From Octopus vulgaris (lineage: Eukaryota), in assembly GCA_951406725.2 (NCBI GenBank), contig OX597817.1:81592001-81656000 (forward strand): 64,000 bases of DNA. The letters are read 5' to 3'. This document shows, piece after piece, positions 28,086-64,000 of the stretch. A program made the translations under genes and the position numbers. The number at the start of each line of letters is the position of its first letter. Position 1 is the stretch's first letter. The notes beneath the pieces were generated by a model. That model ran no database searches. It had not been told where the DNA came from and worked only from the letters and a program-made list of their open reading frames with translations.

Positions 28086-28899
28086 ACATAAACTTTGGAT
28101 TAATTCTATTTGTGACAGCCACTGCATTTTCAGAGTACTTTTTTCTTCCTTTTACAAATTTTAGAAAGACTGAGAGAAAATCTGACTTTCATTGTTGAAC
28201 TCTTGCCAATTGTATTTTCGTTGTTGGAGCTGAGATGTTTGTGCGTGAATATAATTCATATTCCCAATTTAACTATTTTTAAGTGTCCTTTGAAGTGTTT
28301 CAAAGTCGGGCTATTCTTTTTTATTCTGAAATTTCACTTTGCTTTTCTCACAAAGCTTGTAATTCCTTGACGAAACATTCTCATTATAATTAGCCTAGCA
28401 ATCAGAATGTTTTTGTCAGTCTTACTAGAAGAAAACAACAACCTTTCCTTAAAAATCTAGGTCATTTATCGCATTAATTATAGAGTGTGTTGGATGTTCT
28501 CAAACAGTTTGGAAATGTTTGAATTTTGAGCTGTTTTTTGTGAAGTTACATTGCCTTTTGTGCATTATCCCTTTCTCTGCCATTCGCTATCACTGAGGTA
28601 AACTATTCTTATTTATTTTGTAAGCTAATATTTCCACATGGTATCATTCATTATATTTTTCTGTTCTATTTTCTGGATTCTATTTCATCATACATTTATT
28701 TAAATGTGACAAACTTGTGATGCTGGTTGAATGGCTTCTATAGAGACAATGGCATTGACAATGTTAAATTCAATGTAATTGACTCAAACATTATTTAGTA
28801 TTTGTTTTACTAAGTTAACTTCTAATTAGTTTACAGTTTTATTCTTATTCAGTTTTCAAATGAAATTACTGTTGTGAGGTTGTATGTAATATTATAGTT

Positions 28900-29282
28900 G
28901 CAGGTGTGGCTGCGCATTTAGAAGTTTGCTTCCCAACCACATGGTTCTGAGCTCAGTCCCATTGCGTGGCACCTTAGGCAAGTGTCTTCTGTACTCTTGA
29001 GCTGGCCAAAACCTTGTGAGTGGATTTAGTAGACAGAAATTGAAAGAAGCCCGTTGTATGTGTGTGCGTGTGTGTTTGTTCTCCACCGCTGCCTGACAAA
29101 CCAGTGTTGGTGTGTTTATGTTCCCAGAACTTAGCGGCTTGGCAATAAGAGACCGACAGAATAAATACTGGGCTTTAAAAGAATAAGTCGTGGGGTCAAT
29201 TTGTTCCATGAAAACCTCTCATAGTGGTGTCCCAGCATGGCCACAGTCAAATGACTGAAACAAGTAATGGATAAAAGATAAA
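28900..29282 (+). mobile_element. CORE-like tRNA SINE (family A), full length
   Basis: GGTGTGGCTGCG...GTGGCACCTTAGGCAAGTGTCTTC...CAGCATGGCCACAGTCAAATGACTGAAACAAGTAA. Confidence 0.82.
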
Positions 29283-29779
29283 TACTTAGAATATCTATTG
29301 CTCTACTTCTTGCAACCTATCTGGTTGTTAACGTACGTAACATTTGATGTGCAGTTTTAAGCAGTAAGCAGGGCATCCATGTGTAAAATCTTTTTCATAA
29401 AACAATAAGCAGTTGATATGCAGTTTATAATAATAGATTGTTGGGTCACCACCAAAGACCTTATTTTTATTGAACTAATCAGTCTTGGTTATTGATTACA
29501 TGTGACTCTTTGCTTGTTCAAGATGACTCAATCAGGAATGGAAGTTGTGCTTGCTAGATGTTTCAATACCAATTATGGCCTTCATATTCCTACAAAATGC
29601 AGATAAAAATGTATGAAAACTCTTTAAAACTAACAAGGAATAAGAAATTAGAAACTTCAAGAGAATGTGAAATTATTCCCTTTTGGAATAGTAAAACTTG
29701 AAGCAGATAATGCAAAGAATCCTTTGGGGAGAAAAAGTCAAAGGCTGCCCTTTGACTTTTTCTATTCACAGGGTTTCTT

Positions 29780-29994
29780 AACCCTTCAGCATTCTCTATC
29801 AAATATAAGGCTTATTTATTCACATTGATTTTAATTAGTCATGTTTTACCTTGTAGTTTTGAGATTTCAATTACGTGATAGTTTATTTTTAGAATAATCT
29901 TGTAGGATAAATGCAAGAGGCAAGAACTGGCTATTTTGAAAATCAAACAGGTAGAATATTTTGGTTGGATATAGCCAGTTTAAATGCTAAAGGG
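29780..29994. mobile_element. piggyBac-like MITE (family P1)
   Basis: TTAA|CCCTTCAGCATT ... AATGCTAAAGGG|ATAA. Confidence 0.7.
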
Positions 29995-30261
29995 ATAACC
30001 CAATATTTATGCGCTATTACTTGTAGCTTTCTCTGTTCAGAGCCTCACTGTTTCATAAGGGAATTATTTAACAAGGAATAATTCATATAAAACAGTATGT
30101 ATTTCTGTTAGGTTTTATATAAAACCTATACAAGCTTTGCAAATAACTAAAACTAGGTACTTCATATTCAATAATAGAATTATACTGAAGAATTATAAAT
30201 GTTCTCATTAAAGTTTTCTGTATTTTATAAAGCATTAATTTCTTTTTTCTTTTCTTTTCAG

Positions 30262-30534
30262 GGTTGCCAATGGTGCAGTGTGAATCCTCTTCTGTCTGTC
30301 TCAGCAGGACTTTTTACCATTATTTACCTTCAAGGCCTTCTCTTCATCTTCCAAAGACACACCTTTCTTTCTGTGATTAGGGCTGAATGCCCAACCACTT
30401 CCCCCCAATTTTCTTTTTTTTTTTTTCATTATTTCCTAACGAATGTCGTTTCTCGATATTGAACTTCCCATCTCATTGTCTTTCTTATTGACTTTAAAAA
30501 AATTAAACTGAAACAGCTTTGTAAATCCCTTGAT
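30262..30534 (+). other. Probable 5'UTR part of the first coding exon of CUL1
   Basis: Strong polypyrimidine tract TCTTTTTTCTTTTCTTTTCAG ending at 30261; no transcript evidence. Confidence 0.5.
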
Positions 30535-60990
<30,456 letters not shown>

Positions 60991-61059
60991 GTCAGTGGTG
61001 TTGCATATATTACTTATGATGTTGTTAATGAATTACAGAACGTTTTTTTATACAGCAGT

Positions 61060-61152
<93 letters not shown>

Positions 61153-61416
61153 TCAGCGGTTTGGGTGTCTGGCTCATAATCCTAAGGTAATGAGTTTGAT
61201 TCCTGGACTGGGCTGTGTGTTGTGTTCTTGAGCAAGACATTTTATTTCACATTGCGTCAGTTCATTCAGCTGTAGGAATGACTTGTGACGTCACTGGTGC
61301 CAATCTGTATCAGCCTTTGCCTTTCTTTTGGATAACATCAGTAGTGTGGAGAGATGCAATCCCATAATCATTCATGACCAAAGTGGGTCTTTACCCTTTA
61401 TATATATTATACATAC

Positions 61417-61632
61417 ACATGCGGGGGCTGTTGAAAAGTTCCTGGTTTTGGTTAAAAGAAACTACAGGAGGATCGGTTGATTATGATTTTATTTAAACAT
61501 GTTCCCCTCTCAGATTCACACACTCATTGCAGTAGTCCTTCAGCTTTTCTAAGCCCTGTAAAAGAACTTCGGCCTCCAACCAGGCCTTTTGCAATACTCT
61601 TAAAGCCAGGAACTTTTCAACACCCCCTTGTA
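61417..61632. mobile_element. Mariner-like MITE
   Basis: TIRs GGGGGCTGTTGAAAAGTTCCTGG and CCAGGAACTTTTCAACACCCCCTTG|TA. Confidence 0.75.
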
Positions 61633-61781
61633 TCACGGAGTAGTTGGCGTTAGGAAGGGCATCCAGCTGTAGAAACATTGCCAGATCTGACTGGAGCCTG
61701 GTGCAGCCTTCTGGCTTCCCAGATCCCCGGTCGAACCGTCCAACCCATGCTAGCATGGAGAACGGACGTTAAACGATGATG

Positions 61782-61787
<6 letters not shown>
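61633..61787 (+). mobile_element. RTE-type 3' tail insertion ending in (GAT)n
   Basis: CACGGAGTAGTTGGCGTTAGGAAGGGCATCCAGC...GGACGTTAAACGATGATGAT. Confidence 0.8.
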
Positions 61788-61825
<38 letters not shown>

Positions 61826-61861
61826 TTGATATGTATGGTTGTTTGTTATCGCCAGTCAGAT

Positions 61862-62003
61862 AGTAACCATTGGTTCCCTATCTATATGGTGTTTAGCTGC
61901 ATAGGTAACTTGTCAGACTCACCTATACAGCTAGGCCATTTGAATCTGATAAGTTTCCTATATGGCCAAGTGCTTTATAGGTGTGAAACCAATGATCACT
62001 CAA
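61862..62003. repeat. Old fold-back with a decayed hammerhead motif
   Basis: Arms ~61862-61921 and ~61941-62000; right arm TTGAAT-CTGATAAG...GAAAC-CAAT-GATC-ACTCAA. Confidence 0.65.
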
Positions 62004-62067
62004 CCTTCTAAATATATTCCTGCTCTAATGTTTTAGAGTGTGCTTCTTTTTCGGATATATATGAACT

Positions 62068-62386
62068 ACTGGTGGCACGTAAAAAGCACCATCCAAATCG
62101 TGGCCGATGCCAGCGCCGCCTTGACTGGCTTCCGTGCTGGTGGCACGTAAAATGCATCAGTCCGATCGTGGCCGTTGCCAGCCTCCCCTGGCACCTGTGC
62201 AGGTGGCGCGTAAAAAGCACCCACTACACTCACGGAGTGGTTGGCGTTAGGAAGGGCATCCAGCTGTAGAAACACTACCAGACCAGACTGGAGCCTGGTG
62301 CAGCCTTCTGGCTTCCCAGATCCCCAGTCGAACTGTCCAACCCATGCTAGCATGGAGAACGGACGTTAAACGATGATGATGATGAT
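62068..62386 (+). mobile_element. RTE-type 3' UTR/tail insertion with internal GGTGGCACGTAAAAAGCA repeats
   Basis: Reverse complement of the 17303-17640 family; (GAT)n tail. Confidence 0.8.
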
Positions 62387-62659
62387 TGTGTGTTTGAGAT
62401 AGTATTTATTCTTCAGTAATCATTCCATAGTTACAGTTGTGACAATTCGTAATGCTAGACAGATGCAGGTGTTTCCAGTCTTCCTTGAAAACATGCCCAT
62501 CCAAGGGCAATTATTACCTTAGAAATGGGTGAGGGTTGACAACTGGAAAAGTGTCCAGCCATAGATGTTCCCTTGGCACATTCCTTCTGACTCATGCAAG
62601 CATGTCAAAACGATGTTAATGTTGATAAGATATATATATATATATAGTAATATTATATC

Positions 62660-63080
62660 TAGGTGCAGGTGTGGCTATGTGGTAAGAAGCTTGCCTTCTC
62701 ACTACATGGTTCAAGTTCAGTCCTACTGTTTGGCACCTTGGGCAAGTTTCTTCTACTATGGCCTTGAATCAAGCAAAACCTTGTGAGTGGATTTGGTACA
62801 GGGAAACTGAAAGAAGCCCATTGTGTGTGTGTGTGTGCGTGCGCGTGTATCTGTGTATGTATATATCTATGTATGTGCGACTGTGTTTTCCCCCCATCAC
62901 TGCTTGACAACCGCTGTTGTGTTTATGTCCCTGTAACTTTGTAGCTTGGTAAAAGAAACTGATAGCATAAATACTAGGCTTTAAAAAAAAAAGTCCTGGG
63001 ATGGATTCATTTGACTAAAACCCCTCAAGGTGGTGCTCTTGCATGGTGACAGTCAAATTACAGAAACAAGTAAAAGAAGA
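62660..63080 (+). mobile_element. CORE-like tRNA SINE (family A), full length
   Basis: GGTGTGGCTATGTGGTAAGAAGCTTGC...GGCACCTTGGGCAAGT...CAGAAACAAGTAAAAG. Confidence 0.82.
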
Positions 63081-63304
63081 AATGAATATTAGTTTACTAT
63101 AATAATACTCTTGTATTTTTCTCCATCACAACATATGAATGAAAAAGGAAGGGGTGATAGATGAATAAGGAAGGAAGGGGTGATGGCAAACTGGTAGTGG
63201 GAGACTTTCAACTGTGTGTGAGCATTTCAACTGTGTGTGAGTATATGTATGTGTATGTAAAAGGGAGGGAGGTGTGTGTGTGCAATGGAAGTGGGATGGT
63301 GAAC

Positions 63305-63645
63305 ATTCAGTCCCACTGCATGGCACCTTGGGCAAGTGTCTTCTACTATAGCCTCGGGCCAACCAAAGCCTTGTGAGTGGATTTGGTAGACGGAAACTGA
63401 AAGAAGCCCATTGTATATATGTATATATGTATGTGTGTGTATATGTTTGTCCCCACCAACATCGCTTGACAACCGATGCTGGTGTGTTTACATCCCCCGT
63501 AACTTAGCAGCTCGGCAAAAGAGACCGATAGAACAAGTACTAGGCTTACAAAGAATAAGTCCTGGGGTCGATTTGCTCAACTAAAGGCGGTGCTCCAGCA
63601 TGGCCGCAGTCAAATGACTGAAACAAGTAAAAGCGTAAAAGAGTG
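63305..63645 (+). mobile_element. CORE-like tRNA SINE (family A), young, 5'-clipped
   Basis: TTCAGTCCCACTGCATGGCACCTTGGGCAAGTGTCTTC...GGCCGCAGTCAAATGACTGAAACAAGTAAAAG; CpGs retained. Confidence 0.85.
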
Positions 63646-64000
63646 AATAGAAGCAGTATTAATACCAAAGGCAATCTTTATATCCAACTTAACATATATG
63701 TTGTGTTAAAATACCAAATGCTGTGTTATTTACCTTGAGAGGACCTCTCGAATGAGTGCATGGTCCATAAAAGCACTCGTGTATATATTGTTGGCAGATG
63801 AAAATTGTCTGTGATGGACACCAGAACTGCTAGTAATGTATGTATTTATACATACTCATGATTCTTAGGGCGATACCCTAACCAGTAGGCATGGCTTAGT
63901 GGTCAAGGTGTTGCCCTCATGATCAGAAGACTGTGGTTTCAATTCTTAGACTGGGTTAGTGCATTGTGTTCTTGAGTTCGTTTCTCTGTGATCAATTCAA

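Noticed and set aside
60991-64000. Terminal CUL1 exon (KCIDILIEKEYLER-like)
   Set aside because: No such sequence found by eye; it presumably lies beyond the window.

Overview
AT-rich, microsatellite- and SINE-dense animal genomic DNA. The SINE families and (TA)/(GT) arrays point to a cephalopod, probably Octopus (inference). The main feature is a plus-strand Cullin-1 gene. I traced 18 coding exons by hand from ATG 30535 to 60990 (2241 nt, 747 codons, all phases compatible); the last exon lies beyond the window. Its first coding intron (30678-34049) is a U12-type minor-spliceosome GT-AG intron. The remainder is repeats: a Neptune-type Penelope fragment, CR1 and RTE LINE ends, non-autonomous Helitrons, a Tc1/mariner relic, piggyBac-, hAT- and mariner-type MITEs, many tRNA-SINEs and about 7 kb of compound microsatellite. 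The most unexpected signal is a dispersed set of short fold-back insertions carrying minimal type I hammerhead-ribozyme motifs of the Penelope type. The clearest are a canonical core at 9404-9496 and a young 219-bp palindrome at 46858-47076 with a 13-bp target-site duplication. That palindrome encodes a hammerhead with a G3-C8 core swap on each strand and sits about 90 nt upstream of a CUL1 acceptor. Coordinates were counted by hand; repeat boundaries are approximate.
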